NCBI RefSeq assembly: GCF_009914755.1
Contig: NC_060926.1
Source: the human T2T-CHM13v2.0 reference genome, Homo sapiens
DNA length: 64,000 nucleotides
Direction: 5' to 3' (one strand)
The position numbers were made by a program, and so were the translations under genes. This document shows, in pieces, positions 14,961 to 27,590 of this stretch. The stretch's first letter is position 1. Each line of letters begins with the position of its first letter. A model generated the notes under the pieces. It did no database searches. It saw nothing but the letters and a program-made list of their open reading frames with translations, and was not told where the DNA came from.

Positions 14961-17050
14961 GGGCGCCTCTACTCCTTCCTTGGCAACTGATCATGCACCG
15001 CTTACCATCCCATTAAAACCTAATCACCCTTACCTGACTCAATGCCAATATCCCATCCCACAGCATGCTTTAAAAGGATTAAAGCCTGTTATCACTTGCC
15101 TGGTACAGCATGGCCTTTTAAAGCCTATAAATTCTCCTTACAATTTCCCCATTTTCCCTGTCCAAAAACCAGAGAAGTCTTATAGGTTAGTTCAGGATCT
15201 GTGCCTTATCAACCAAATTGTCTTGCCTTATCCACCCCGTGGTGCCAAACCCATATAACTCTCCTATCCTCAATACCTCCCTCCACAACCCCTCCACAAC
15301 CCATTGTTCTGTTCTGGATCTCAAACATGCTTTCTTTACTATTCCTTTGCACCCTTCATCCCAGCCTCTCTTCACTTTCACTTGGACTGATCCTGACACC
15401 CATCAGCCTCAGCAACTTACCTGGGTTGTATTGCCGCAAGGCTTCATGGACAGTCCCAATTACTTCAGTCAAACCCAAATTTCTTCCTCATCCACTACCT
15501 ATCTTGGCATAATTCTTCATAAAAACACATGTGCTCTCCCTGCTCATGTCCAGCTAATCTTCCAAACCCCAATCCCTTCTACAAAACAACAACTCCTTTC
15601 CTTCCTAGGCATGGTTAGGTACTTCCACCTTTGGATACCTAGTTTTATCATCCTGACTAAAACATTATATAAACTCACAAAAGCAAACATGGCTGACTCC
15701 ATAGATCCTAAATCCTTTTGCCACTCCCCTTTCTGTTCCTTAAAAACAGCCCTAGTAGCTGCTCCCACACTAGCTTTCCCTAACTCATCCCAACCCTTTT
15801 CATTACACACAGCAAAAGTACAGGGCTGTGTGGTCAAAATGCTTACACAAGAGCCAGGACCTTGCCCCGTAGCCTTTCTGTCAAAACAACTTGACCTTAC
15901 TGTTTTAGGCTGGCCCCCACCCCCATGACTGTATCTCTCTGATCCACCTGATAATCACTCCATTTCCCCACATTTCCTTCTTTCCTTTTCCTCACCCTGA
16001 TCACACTTGGTTTATTTATGGTAGTTCCACCAAACCTAATTGCCACTCACCAGCAAAGGCAGGCTATGCTATAGTATCTTCCACATCTATCGTTGAGGCT
16101 ACTGCTCTGCCCCCCTCCACTACCTCTCAGCAAGCCGAACTCATTGCCTTAACTCAGGCCCTCACTCTTGTAAAGGGACTATGCGTCAATATTTATACTG
16201 ACTCTAAATATGCCTTCCATATCCTGCACCACCATGCTGTTATGTGGGCTGAAAGAGGTTTCCTCACTATGCAAGGGTCCTGCATCATTAATGCCTCTTT
16301 AACAAAAACTCTTCTCAAGGCTGCTTTACTTCCAAAGGAAGCTGGAGTCATTCACTGCAAGGGCCATCAAAAGGAATCAGATCTCATCACTCAGGGCAAT
16401 GCTTATGCTGATAAGGTAGCTAAAAAAGCAGCTAGCCTTCCAACTTCTGTCCCTCATGGCAGTTTTTCTTCTTCTCATCAGTCACTCCCACTTACTCCCC
16501 TACTGAAACTTCCCCTATCAGTCTCTTCCTACACAAGGCAAATTGTTCTTGGACCAAGGAAAATACCTTCTTCCAGCTTCACAGGCCCATTCTATTCTGT
16601 CATCATTTCATAACCTTTTCCATGTAGGTTACAAGCTGCTAGCCTGCCTTTTAAAACTTCTCATTTCCTTTCCATCGTGGAAATCTATCCTCAAGGAAAT
16701 CACTTCTCAGTGTTCCTTCTGCTATTCTACCACTCCTCAGGGATTGTTCAGGCCCCCTCCCTTCCCTACACATCAAGCTCGGGGATTTGCTCTTGACCAG
16801 AACTGGCAAATTAACTTTACTCACATGCTCCGAGTCAGAAAACTAAAATACCTCTTGGTCTGGGTAGACACTTTCACTGGATGGGTAGAGGCCTTTCCCA
16901 CAGGGTCTGAGAAGGCCACTGTGGTCATTTCTTCCCTTCTGTCAGACATAATTCTTTGGTTTGGCCTTCCCACCTTTATATAGTCTGATAACGGATTGAC
17001 CTTTATTAGTCAAATCACCCAAGCAGTTTCTCACGCTCATGGTATTCAGT
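14961..17050 (+). pseudogene. pol: HERV-H pol remnant (RT with deletions, RNase H, integrase)
   Basis: LDLKHAFFTIPL and LPQGFMDSP with the YxDD region deleted; RNase H NIYTDSKY and IHCKGHQ; integrase WQINFTH and VDTFTGWVEAFP. Confidence 0.93.
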
Positions 17051-17279
17051 GGCTCCTGGTTTTACCTCAAACCACCACCCTTAAGTCTCTCTTGAAGTGG
17101 ATGGAAGCTCTTCAATGGCAAGATACACTCCAATACTTTCACCCTCATAAAGTCCTATTCTTTACTTTTATACTCACTCTTATTCTCATTCCCTTTCTTA
17201 TGCCACCCTCTACCTCTCCTCAGCTATCTCCACCACACTATCAATCTCACTCACTTTCTCCTAGCCATTTCTAATCCTT

Positions 17280-17640
17280 CTTTGACAAGCAATTGTTGGC
17301 TTTGCATTTCTCTTTCCTCCAAAATCACATAGGCCTCGACTTACTCACTGCTAGAAAAAGAGGACTCTGTATATTTTTAAATAAAGGGTGTTGTTTTTAC
17401 CTAAATCAATCTGGCCTGGTATATGCCAACATAAAAAACCTCAAGGATAGAGCCCCAAAATTCGCCAACCAAGCAAATAATCACAGTGAACCCCCTTAGG
17501 CACTCTGATTGGATGTCCTGGGTCCTCCCAATTCTTAGTCCTTTAATACCTGTTTTTCTCCTTCTCTTATTCGGACCTTGTGTTTTCATTTAGTTTCTCA
17601 ATTCATACAAAACTATAACCAGGTCATCACCAATCATTCT
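17280..17640 (+). pseudogene. env: HERV-H env TM remnant
   Basis: LQNHIGLDLLTARKRGLCIFLNKGCCFY is an immunosuppressive domain plus CX6CC; most of SU is deleted. Confidence 0.9.
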
Positions 17641-17870
17641 ATATGACAAATGCTCCTTCTAACAACCCCACAATATCATCCCTTATCACAAAATCTTCCT
17701 TCAGCTTAATCTCTCCCACTCTAGGTTCCCACGCTGTCCCTAATCCCGCTCAAAGCAGCCCTGAGAAACATCTCCCATTATCTCTCCATACCACCCCAAA
17801 AAATTTTCACCACCCCAACACTTCAACACTATTTTGTTTCATTTTTCTTATTAATATAACAAGGCAGGAA

Positions 17871-18245
17871 TGTCAGGCCTCTGAGCTCAAGCCTGCACAT
17901 ATACATCCAGATGGCCTGAAGCAACTGAAGAATCACAAAAGGAGTGAAAATGGCCGGTTCCTGCCTTAACTGATGACATTACCTTGTGACATTCCTTCTC
18001 CTGGACAATAAGTCTCTGGAGCTCCTCTCCAAGCACCTTGTGACCCCTGCCCCTGCCCGCAAGAGAACAACCCCTTTGACTGTAATTTTCCACTACCTAC
18101 CCAAATCCTGTAAAACTACCCCACCCCTAACTCCCTTTGCTGACTCCTTTTTCGGATTCAGCCTGCCTGCACCAAGGTGAAATAAACAGCTTTATTGCTC
18201 ACACAAAGCCTGTTTGGTGGTCTCTTCATATGGATGTATGTGACA
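17871..18245 (+). promoter_or_regulatory. HERV-H 3' LTR
   Basis: About 91% identical to the 5' LTR by manual count; AATAAA at 18181-18186; TATA box mutated to TGTAAAA. Confidence 0.95.
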
Positions 18246-18331
18246 AACTCATGATCTCCTTCTAATTTTTTGCTTTATTTTGGAGTCTTTTCTTCTCAAC
18301 TTGCCCTTTTTCTCTTCTAAATGATCAGATT

Positions 18332-19227
18332 TTTTTTTATTTTATTTATTTTTGTATTATACTTTAAGTTCTAGGGTACATGTGCACAACGTGCAAGTTT
18401 GTTATGTAGGTATACATGTGCCATGTTGATTTGCTGCACCCATTAACTCATCATTAACATTAGGTATTTCTCCTAATGCTATCCCTCCCCCACCCCCCGC
18501 CCCACACCAGACTCTGGTGTGTGATGTTCCCCACCCTGTGTCCAAGTGTTCTCATTGTTCAATTCCCACCTATGAGTGACAACATGTGGTGTTTGGTTTT
18601 CTGTCCTTACGATACTTTGCTCCAAATGATGGTTTCCATCTTCATCCATGTCCCTACAAAGGACATGCAGTCATCCTTTTTTATGGCTTCTTAGTATTCC
18701 ATGGTGTATATGTGCCACATTTTCCTAATCCAGTCTATTATTGATGGACATTTTGGTTGGTTCCAAGTTTTTGCTATTGTGAATAGCACCGCAATAAACA
18801 TACGTGTGCATGTGTCTTTATAGTAACATGATTTATAGTCCTTTGGGTATATACCCAGTAATGGGATGGCTGGGTCAAATGGTATTTCTAGTTCTAGATC
18901 CTTGAGGAATGCCCACACTGTCTTCCACAATGGTTGAACTAGTTTACATTCCCACCAACAAGCAACCTACAGAATGGGAGAAAGTTTTTGCAATCTACTC
19001 ATCTGACAAAGGGCTAATATCCAGAATCTACAAAGAACTTAAACAAGTTTATAAGAAAAAAATCAAACAACCCCATCAAAAAGTGGGCAAAGGATATGAA
19101 CAGACACTTCTCAAAAGAAGACATTTATGCAGCAAACAGACACACGAAAAAATGCTCATCAGAGAAATGCAAATCAAAACCACAATGAGATACCATCTCA
19201 CACTAGGTAGAATGGCAATCATTAAAA
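18332..19227 (-). mobile_element. L1PA (about L1PA5/6) with 5' inversion (twin priming)
   Basis: Antisense 3' end (18332-18960) joined to a sense ORF2 segment (18957-19227); TSD GATCAGATT at 18323-18331 and 19228-19236. Confidence 0.95.
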
Positions 19228-19908
19228 GATCAGATTATTTCTTAGACATAATATATGTGAGTCCCCTTGTGCTTTTTCCTTTGAGTTTTAAGAAAGACCT
19301 TTGAAATACACACGTCTTTATTTTGTCAACAGAAGAAAAAGGGGAATTATTTGGTTTTAGTTAAATAACAAAGGTACTTCATATTCCTCTCTCTTTTAAA
19401 TGAAGTGACAATCACGTTTCACACAGTCATGGTTGTACACAGCCCATGGTCTATTTAGTCATAGCCCCCTTGTTCAAATACCATTGCTAATCTGATTGTA
19501 TTTGCATTTTTCCTCATGGGATTTTACTTTGCAGTCTAAAATAATAAACATATTTTCATCTTTCTAAGAAAGTAGGGCAAATAATTAAGTACGCAGATTG
19601 ATAAAAATGTGTTAGCAATGTGTAAAATCATAATGTTTTTTAATCTTCCAGGACTTCGTTAATAATCCAAACATAGTCTTCTATGATTTGTTCTTTCCTG
19701 ATCTTTAATGTAGTATCAAATATGGGCTTTATACTTATTAGTGAGGTGCATATCTCTAATCTGTTTTTATTTTCATTTATACCGTTTAATAAAATGGTCT
19801 TTGTGCTACACTGCATGCCTGAGTGTTTGAGGAATTCTCTGATTTTTCAAAAAGTAGAAAGAATCTGTTCTTGTTTAAAGTCATTGTGTTCTTGATTGAT
19901 TTAATTTG

Positions 19909-20782
19909 TGCTATGGCTTGAATGTTTGTCCCCTCTAAAATTCATGTTAAAATTTAATTGTCATTATAGCAGTAATAAGAGATGGGTCCTTTAAGAGGTG
20001 ATTTGGCTATAAGGGCTCCATCCCCATGGGTTGTATTAGGCTCCTTATTGGCCCTCTGAAGTTTCACTGAAAAATCAACTCACAAAAGACAGAGAAGAGG
20101 AATACAAATTTATTTATCATGTATACACAGGAGCCTTCAGAATGAGGACCCAGTCTCTCAGTGAGGTACAGAAACTTAGATACTATCTTGAGGTTGTAGA
20201 AAGAATGCAGGCTCAGAGCATGGCCCAAAACAGGTTATGTTGATAAATCAGGTTTAGTGGCAAGACAGGATATGAGAGGGAGAAAGGAAGAGACCTGGCC
20301 AGCAAAGGTGATCTTGTTATGCAGATGAAGCCTCATATATAGCAGTCTTCAGAATAGACCCTAAATATCTCTTTTCAGACCTTTAAAGGTGTCACATTCA
20401 GTTAACCTCTCCGGATCTTGTAAAGGCCTAGAAAGGGAAGGCCTGGCTTCCTTAACAGAGATTCTCAACAGAGGCAAATTTCCCCCACCTCAGTTTGCTG
20501 GTCCTGTTGCATCTATTTCAAGACATGTCAAAGAAATATATTTTGGGGTAAAATATTTTGATTTTCTTCATTATAAAACGATGAGTTTAGCCCCCTTTTG
20601 CCTTCTCTCTTTGCCTTCTGCCATGTGATGTTTTCTATTGTGCTATGATGCAGCAAGAAGTCCCTCACCAGACGCCAGCACCTTGATAATGGACTTCCTA
20701 GTCTCTAGAACTGTGAGTGAATAGATTTCTATTTGTTATAAATTACCCATTTTGTTATATCAGCTCAAAACTGACTACAAAA
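19909..20782 (+). mobile_element. MST-family MaLR solo LTR, split by a nested ERV1 LTR
   Basis: Starts TGCTATGGCTTGAATG; resumes at 20575 and ends with GGACTTCC..AGAACTGTGAG..ATAAATTACCC. Confidence 0.85.
20049..20570 (-). mobile_element. ERV1 MER4-group solo LTR (MER39-like)
   Basis: Minus strand starts TGAAGAAAATCAAAATATTTTACCCCAAAATATATTTCTTTGAC; 4-bp TSD TTAT at 20045-48 and 20571-74. Confidence 0.85.
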
Positions 20783-20923
20783 ACTTGGTTCTGAATTTGG
20801 TGACAAAGTCATGCTGGGAAAAATTAATTACTATATATACTGTGTTGTCTTTCTATTGTTTTGGGGAAGCTTGATTAGTTAGCCATGCTAGTTAAAGAGG
20901 TTGAGAAGGGAAGAATTTGTTTT

Positions 20924-21649
20924 TGAAACTGCCTTTGCAAAAATTATAACAATGAGAAAATTACAACACTGAAAGAGATCTGACCTAACCAACTCCAACT
21001 TGCCTTTAACCTCAAAACCGCCCTTGTTCATTCCTGGATGTAGGCCAAACTAACTAGAGGATGAGTTTAGTTTATAGTTTAACTTTGAAACAAAGATAGT
21101 AACAGCCCTTTCCTGAAACAAGCCCTCTCCTTGCTTGGGGACCAGACCAGCTTTGTAAAACTAACAAATTAGCCACAAGATTAGAAATTATGGGTTAGGA
21201 GTCAAGTAGAGGCCACAAGATTTCTAACCTCCCCAATTACCTCTATAGATAACATCACTATTGTAAAACCTGATTAGTGTTCAAGATATTTTTCAGACCC
21301 TGCATTCTAATGGACTAGCTGGTGCCACCTAGATTGGTAATCTGCCTTAACTAGTTCTGTGATTCTGCCAAGGAAGAGAAGACAGCAAAAGGAACCCACA
21401 TCAACCCCCTACAATTTTATATCTGACATGACCAATCAGTACTTCCCTCTCCCTCATCCCCTACCTGCCAAATTATCCTTGAAAAATTCCAGTCTCCAAA
21501 TTTTCTGCAAGACTGAATAGAGTTACAAAACTCCAGTCTCCCATTTAGCTGGCTTTGTGTCCATTAAACTTTTTCTACTGCAATTCCCCTGTCTTGATAA
21601 TCCAGCTCTATCTGAAGAGCAGGCAAGAAGAATCCATTGAGTGATTACA
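20924..21649 (+). mobile_element. LTR8A-like solo LTR (ERV1)
   Basis: TGAAACTGCCTTTGCAAAAATTATAAC...GGCAAGAAGAATCC..GATTACA, flanked by TTTT on both sides. Confidence 0.88.
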
Positions 21650-21711
21650 TTTTGACTCCAAATTTTGACATAATGGGCTGCGTTCGCCAAATTTTTACCA
21701 TTAGGGAACAC

Positions 21712-21729
21712 ATCCCAGTCGTGGCACCA
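21712..21729 (-). other. Primer-binding site, tRNA-His-like
   Basis: Minus strand TGGTGCCACGACTGGGAT matches 15/18 to the His complement TGGTGCCGTGACTCGGAT, 5 nt from the LTR end. Confidence 0.75.
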
Positions 21730-21734
21730 AAGTA

Positions 21735-22388
21735 CGTTACCAGTGGTGAATCTTTATGGGTCTATAGCAGCCTCAATTCTTGCCTGCTTGGAAGAAATAA
21801 TTCAACCAAGGGGCATAAGGCAGGGTGAGAGACCAAGGCATATTTTAGAGCAGGAGTAAATGTGTATTAAAAAGCTTTAGAGCAGGAATGAAAGGAAGTA
21901 AAGTACACTTGGAAGAGGGCCAAGTGAGCAACTTGAGAGATCTAGTAGATGGCTTAACCTTTGTCTTGGGTTTCTATATGCTGGTATTCCGCATGCACGG
22001 TCGCTTGCCAACACTTCGAAAGGGCCACATGTGCAGTGTGTTTACTGGAGTTATATGCATGCTCACTTGAGGCATTTTTCCTTTACCAGTTGAGTGTTTC
22101 TAGAGGAAGTTCATATACCAGTTAAATGCCACCATTTTGCCTCTTAATGCACATGTGTGAGCCTACTCACCCAACTCCTGAGATCTTATCGGGAAGCTAC
22201 TAATTACCAGTTTCGGTGTTTTTATTTATTGGGTGACTGCCTTTTCCTGGCACTGGCTGTGACCAATTATTATTTTAGAGAGACAGTGTAACAACCACCT
22301 AGTCATTACCTGCTGGTCGCCTGACATTCCTCGTGCAGGAAGGGCCATCTCCTGCCCTGCTCATATTCCACTAACTACTTACATAACA
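21735..22388 (-). mobile_element. MER50-like 5' LTR (ERV1)
   Basis: Minus strand TGTTATGTAAGTAG..ATGAGCAGGGCAGGAGA...CCACTGGTAACG, followed by a PBS. Confidence 0.8.
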
Positions 22389-23099
22389 AATTTAGTAAAA
22401 TATTGCACTTTTTTTTTCCTAAAAGACTACATACTGGACATGACTAATGCAGGGAGATGAACGCATTGTGTAGGGTGAAAAAAAAATCCTTGGCTTCTCT
22501 TTCTAGAACAGATTGAGTGGACATTTAGAAACTCTTCAGTCCAATTCAACAACAGAAATTCTTGTCACTCTGCTTCAACAAGGCTCTTTAAGAGGTGAAT
22601 ATGAGGATATAAGTATATTAATACATATACTCCTCCACATTGCTGGTAGAATATTGAACTCAAAGGAGGCCTCCTAACCTCAACCAACATGTTCCATGTT
22701 AATGCTGTAAAAATAGACTAATTAGTAAGAATTAGCTCCAAACTGAATTATAGTGTGAGCTCTGGGAAATACAATCTATATTCCCCTGAAATATCTTGGG
22801 GAGAGCTCTGTTGAAAGCCATTTCCTAAGCCTGACAATACTGCTTTAGGAATACTTCTAGATTACATTTTTACTACCATTCTTCCTTTCTGCATGTCCGG
22901 AGAAAATTCCCTTCAAACCTAACTGCCCAGTGTCAATCTATATGAATATTCAACAAAGGCTGCTGCCTACTATTTTTATTAGAGCAGTAACTTAGATGAT
23001 ATTAACTTCAACTATACATCTGTTGGTTAGCCACCAACTCAAATTCAAAGCCTTTGGTCAATTATTTTCTCACTTAGCATCACATTACATAATTATCCT

Positions 23100-24350
23100 C
23101 TTGGTTCCTCCATTAACAATTAGCTTTCTCAATTTCTCTTTTCAGTGGCTGCTAGAACCCCGCATACTTTTACCACACTGCTCTATATCCTTAATCTCTT
23201 CACAGAAAACTTCTGCTACTTATTTATTTGAAACATGGATCTTCCCTGAAAGTACCTCCTTCCTTATATTCCAATTGACTGCAAGCTTTTTATTTTTTCA
23301 CCCTAAAGAATCTGATGGCCTAGAGGTAGCATTGGCAATTTCTTAGGTCCTAAATATTTTTTTTTATCCTAAAGCAAAAATCACACTTTCATTAAGATTC
23401 ATAACTGGGTATGCCATTATGTACTACTCTTTATTGATGTCATCCTTTGTAATCTTGACTGCTCACATTTATTCACTATGGACTTTGAAATATGGCTTTT
23501 AGTCTTCTTTACTCCTACAATGAAATCAACCGTCACCAACTGGGCCATTTCAGTGTGTAGATGACCTTTCCAGCAAATAGCCTCAAAGTGACTTGACTTT
23601 AATATCAACATTCTGATCTTATTTCAATCCTACAAACCACTGCTACAGAAATACTGAAATAGTCATCACTCAAATTCTTTTGCCTGAAATTTTGAAATTC
23701 AAAATTTCATCATCCTACCAAATCTTCTGCTCTTTTGGGTCCTCCACTCCTGTTCCTTTTATTCATGGAGAATTTTGGACTCTTGTTCCCTCCAGTTACT
23801 CACAGCACATAACCCCTCTCATAGTTTTATTTTATTTTCTCCCTTTCCTTGACACCTTGATAGTTCATTTCAAAAACTTTCTTGCCATTCTAACACTCTC
23901 ATTCCTTCACCTAAAAATCATGAACGTTTTTCAGATCATCTGTCTGACCATCCATCTTATTATCTGCTGTGCCCAGACTTCTGAGTTCTGTTAGAAAAAA
24001 ATAAAGCAATTGTATGAATTAGTGCCAACTATTTGGTCTCCAGATGGGTTTTCAGCATAGCTAAGCAGTTCTTTTTCAAGTCCCTGGTTCTGTTCTCTCT
24101 CTAATTTCTCATATTTGCCATTTTTAAACCAAACTAATAACTTGATAGTCTCTATTCCACCACTATTTTCCTATTTCTCAAGCAGATAACTTGCCTGTTA
24201 ATTTAGAGACATTTACAGGCTATTCTGTATTATACTTCCTTAACTTCACACATCCAAATTCAAAAATGTGATATTGTCATGCTTTTCTGATAATAAATTT
24301 GTGCTTTCTCCATTTTATTTCCTGTTCTTGTTTCATCAAAAATAACTAGC
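23100..24350 (+). mobile_element. Ancient L2 internal (ORF2 endonuclease-region) remnant
   Basis: CT-rich L2-like composition; the peptide LFETWIFPE resembles the APE motif LTETWL. Confidence 0.55.
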
Positions 24351-24877
24351 TCTCTTTTAGTCTCTTACTTCAAGAGTGTTTCAGTTATGAGGGCTAACAG
24401 AAGCTGCCTTCCTTTTTGTTTGTTTGATTTTATAGTTGAGATGAATGAACAGATTACAGTAAATATATCTAAAAGCCACAGTGAAAATTAGAGCATTCCT
24501 TAGGGGGAAAAAGGAGTGATAGTTCTATGCCTAGCAAAATATTTTTCAAAAATGAAGATAAAGATGTTTTCAAAGGAAAACAAAAGCTAAAAGAATTTGT
24601 TATCAAAAGACTTGACTTTCTATATATAGTAAAGCTTGTAGGAAAATGATCCCAGATGGAAGCACAGAGCTTCAAGAAGAAATAAAGAGCACCAGATATG
24701 GTAAATTTAATGATCAAATGTAAATTATTAATGACTTGATAAAATAACAATAATAAAAATATCTTGTGAGATTGGTAACATGTAGTTATACAAATATGAA
24801 AATAATAAGGGGATTGAATGAGTTAAACTGTTGTAAATTTTTATATCAGCTATAAAATGGTAAAAGTACTAATTTTA

Positions 24878-25084
<207 letters not shown>

Positions 25085-25284
25085 CTAAAATCCTAATAAG
25101 AGGAGAATGTGTATAATAATAAAACAACTTTGTCAATAGAAGATTAAGCAAAAAGGAGGAATAAAGAAAAAAAGATGGAATAGAAAATAAATAAAAAGAT
25201 TTTACAGTTACACTTAAATAAATCAATAATGACAATAAATGAACTAAGAACTCCAATTAGAAAATTAAACAATAAAATATTAGC

Positions 25285-25834
25285 TCATTACAACAGAATA
25301 TGGTACATCAAAATATGCCACTTTGGCATAGGATCATTTTAAATTGAAAGCAATTGAGAGGAAGCAGGTTCCTGCCCCCTGTTTGCCAAAAAGCAGAACA
25401 TAAATTTACAAAGGTATCCCTCCTCCCCTCTTATACCAGAAAGGACAAAAATTAATCACCAGAGACCCTTATATGCCTTGAGGGGGTACCACAGAAATCT
25501 ACATAACAAACCTGTCCTAATTAGCCTTTATCTATCATTAGTTTATTTCTATATTTGCCTTCCCACATTTTGCCACCATAAAGACCCAAGACCTTTTCCC
25601 TTTGTCTTGTCACTTCTCTAAAATTTTATTGTTTTTTATTGAAGGTGCTATCTATAAGCTGAATTTTTAAGCCACCTCTTTGAGATTTCCTCATAGGTAT
25701 CTCTCGAGTATCTATGCAATATACATGTTAATAAACTTCTGTTTGTTTTTATCTTATTAATCTGTCTTTTATTATAGGGTCTCTAGCTGAGAACTTGGAA
25801 GGGTAGAGGAAAACTTATTTTTTCCTTCCCTATA
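25285..25834 (+). mobile_element. MER34-family solo LTR (ERV1)
   Basis: AACAGAATATG..CAAAATATGCCACTTTGGCATA start; AATAAA near 25730; ends TTTTTCCTTCCCTATA. Confidence 0.8.
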
Positions 25835-27199
25835 CCAACCATATGGCATTTACAAGATACAATTTTAAATAAGTAAACATAAAGAAATGAAAGTAAAGGA
25901 ATGAAAAAGATATACCAGGGGAAAAGATTCTACTTATAGACAAATATCATTTTAGGGAAAAACATATTAAAGATACAGAGGAATATTCTCAGATTTATAA
26001 AAGGCAATTCAATAGAAACATAGATTCGAAAATTATATACACCTAACTAGATGGCTTTAAAATATATAACAATCCAAATGGCCATTTGAAGTAGAATGCG
26101 TACATATATTATGCATACTATTTGTATCACAGAAGATAACATAAAAATGAATGGCTTACTATTAGCTGCAAACCATGGATAAATCGAAGGGGTAAAGTGT
26201 GCCAAACACCAGAGTTCGTAGGAATGAGTTATTTCATGCAATGCTCAAAAACAAGCAAAACTCATCAGGTGGGAGTAGAAGTTAGCATAATGGTTACCTT
26301 TGAGGAGGGGGGCAGGTAATGCCTGAGAGAGGTCACTAGCTAGGTATCTGAGATGCTACTAATGTCTTTCTCTTGATCTGGATTGTGAGAACCTATGTGT
26401 GCTCACATTGTAAAAATGTGCCCAGTTTACTAAAATAGAAAGTTGGAATTATATTTAACAACAAGACAGTTGGTGTTTACCTTACTTATCAACAGAGTTA
26501 AGTAAAATCCATATCCCAATGTCTGTGTGTCAATACCACTCCTCACTGTGTCACTGTTTAAAATTCAGATCCTTGTAGCTTTCCCCTGTAGGAAACTCTG
26601 AAGACGTGAGTATACAATTTGCCTGAAATAACGCTCAGGAGTCCAATGTCTTGACTAACATCAAAAAAAGAAATGGAGGATGTTATAAAATTTTATTTTT
26701 AGAAGATGCAAGAATAATTAATGGGTAATTGTTTCATATATTTATTGGCTCTTTAGGCTGTGTACAGCAGTTTTCTGCTGTCATTTACTCTTGCCCAGGG
26801 CCTGCCTCTAGGACACAGTCAGAGCTCTGAGGTATTCTGAAGATAGATCCAACTCCACAAAGCATTAAAAGAAAAATAATACTTAACTGAAACTGCATGG
26901 GGAGACAGAGAGGAAATTTACATAGCATAACACATGTAAGAAATTTAATCCAATTTCCTTTAGATATCTCAATTTTCCCCCACAATGTTTCTCTTCCCTC
27001 TGGTCTTTTCATCTTTCTCCTTTCTTTTTTCTTTCCTTCCATAACCTATAGAACTTCTTTTCAGCAGTTCAATGGTATCCACAACTCAGCACATCAACAT
27101 TTGTAATTAGCTGAACAGTAATACTTTAAGCACAGTTGTAACGTAACTCAGTTCATCTGAACAATTAGGTCATTTAAAATGTTCTGCCTTATGTTTTGA

Positions 27200-27590
27200 G
27201 ACATGAAGTTTTGAAATAGAAAACTAAGGCACCAAGATGTGAAATGATGTTTCCCAAGCTTACATTGATAATTAGTGAAGCATGAAGTTAAATCCTTGAC
27301 CCAGTTCTGCTACTGAATCTGCCTTCTTCATCACTCACTAGGTTCTTCATAGAAGGCATTGTGCTAGATGAAGAAACAAAAATAAAAGATTGCCTGCCTT
27401 CAAGTGTTTGAAAGCTTGTGAAAAGGAAGGACACATGTATAAATAGCTGTAATCTAGTGAAGAATATGAAACCTGATATAATAGAGGTACATGTCATTGA
27501 ACCACAGAGAAGACAAAGAATAATTCTGGGAGGGAAGAGAAAAGATGGGCATGAAAGACTTGAAGAGAAGACCATTGATCTGACAAATAC
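27200..27590 (-). mobile_element. MIR and adjacent L2 fragments
   Basis: GAAAACTAAGGCAC..TTCCCAAGCTTACA (MIR core); AGGCATTGTGCTAG..CTGCCTTCAAG (L2 3' region). Confidence 0.6.

Larger units (their letters stand above)
12399..18245 (+). mobile_element. HERV-H provirus, common internally deleted ~5.8-kb form
   Basis: Two 375-bp LTR7-type LTRs (TGTCAGGCC...TGTGACA), perfect 5-bp TSD AACTC (12394-12398, 18246-18250), PBS, gag/pro/pol/env remnants, and PPT AAGGCAGGAA before the 3' LTR. Confidence 0.98.

Noticed and set aside
13568-17274. Many overlapping 100-236 aa ORFs as an operon-like system
   Set aside because: All are frameshifted HERV-H gag/pro/pol pieces or their alternative frames; RT lacks YxDD.
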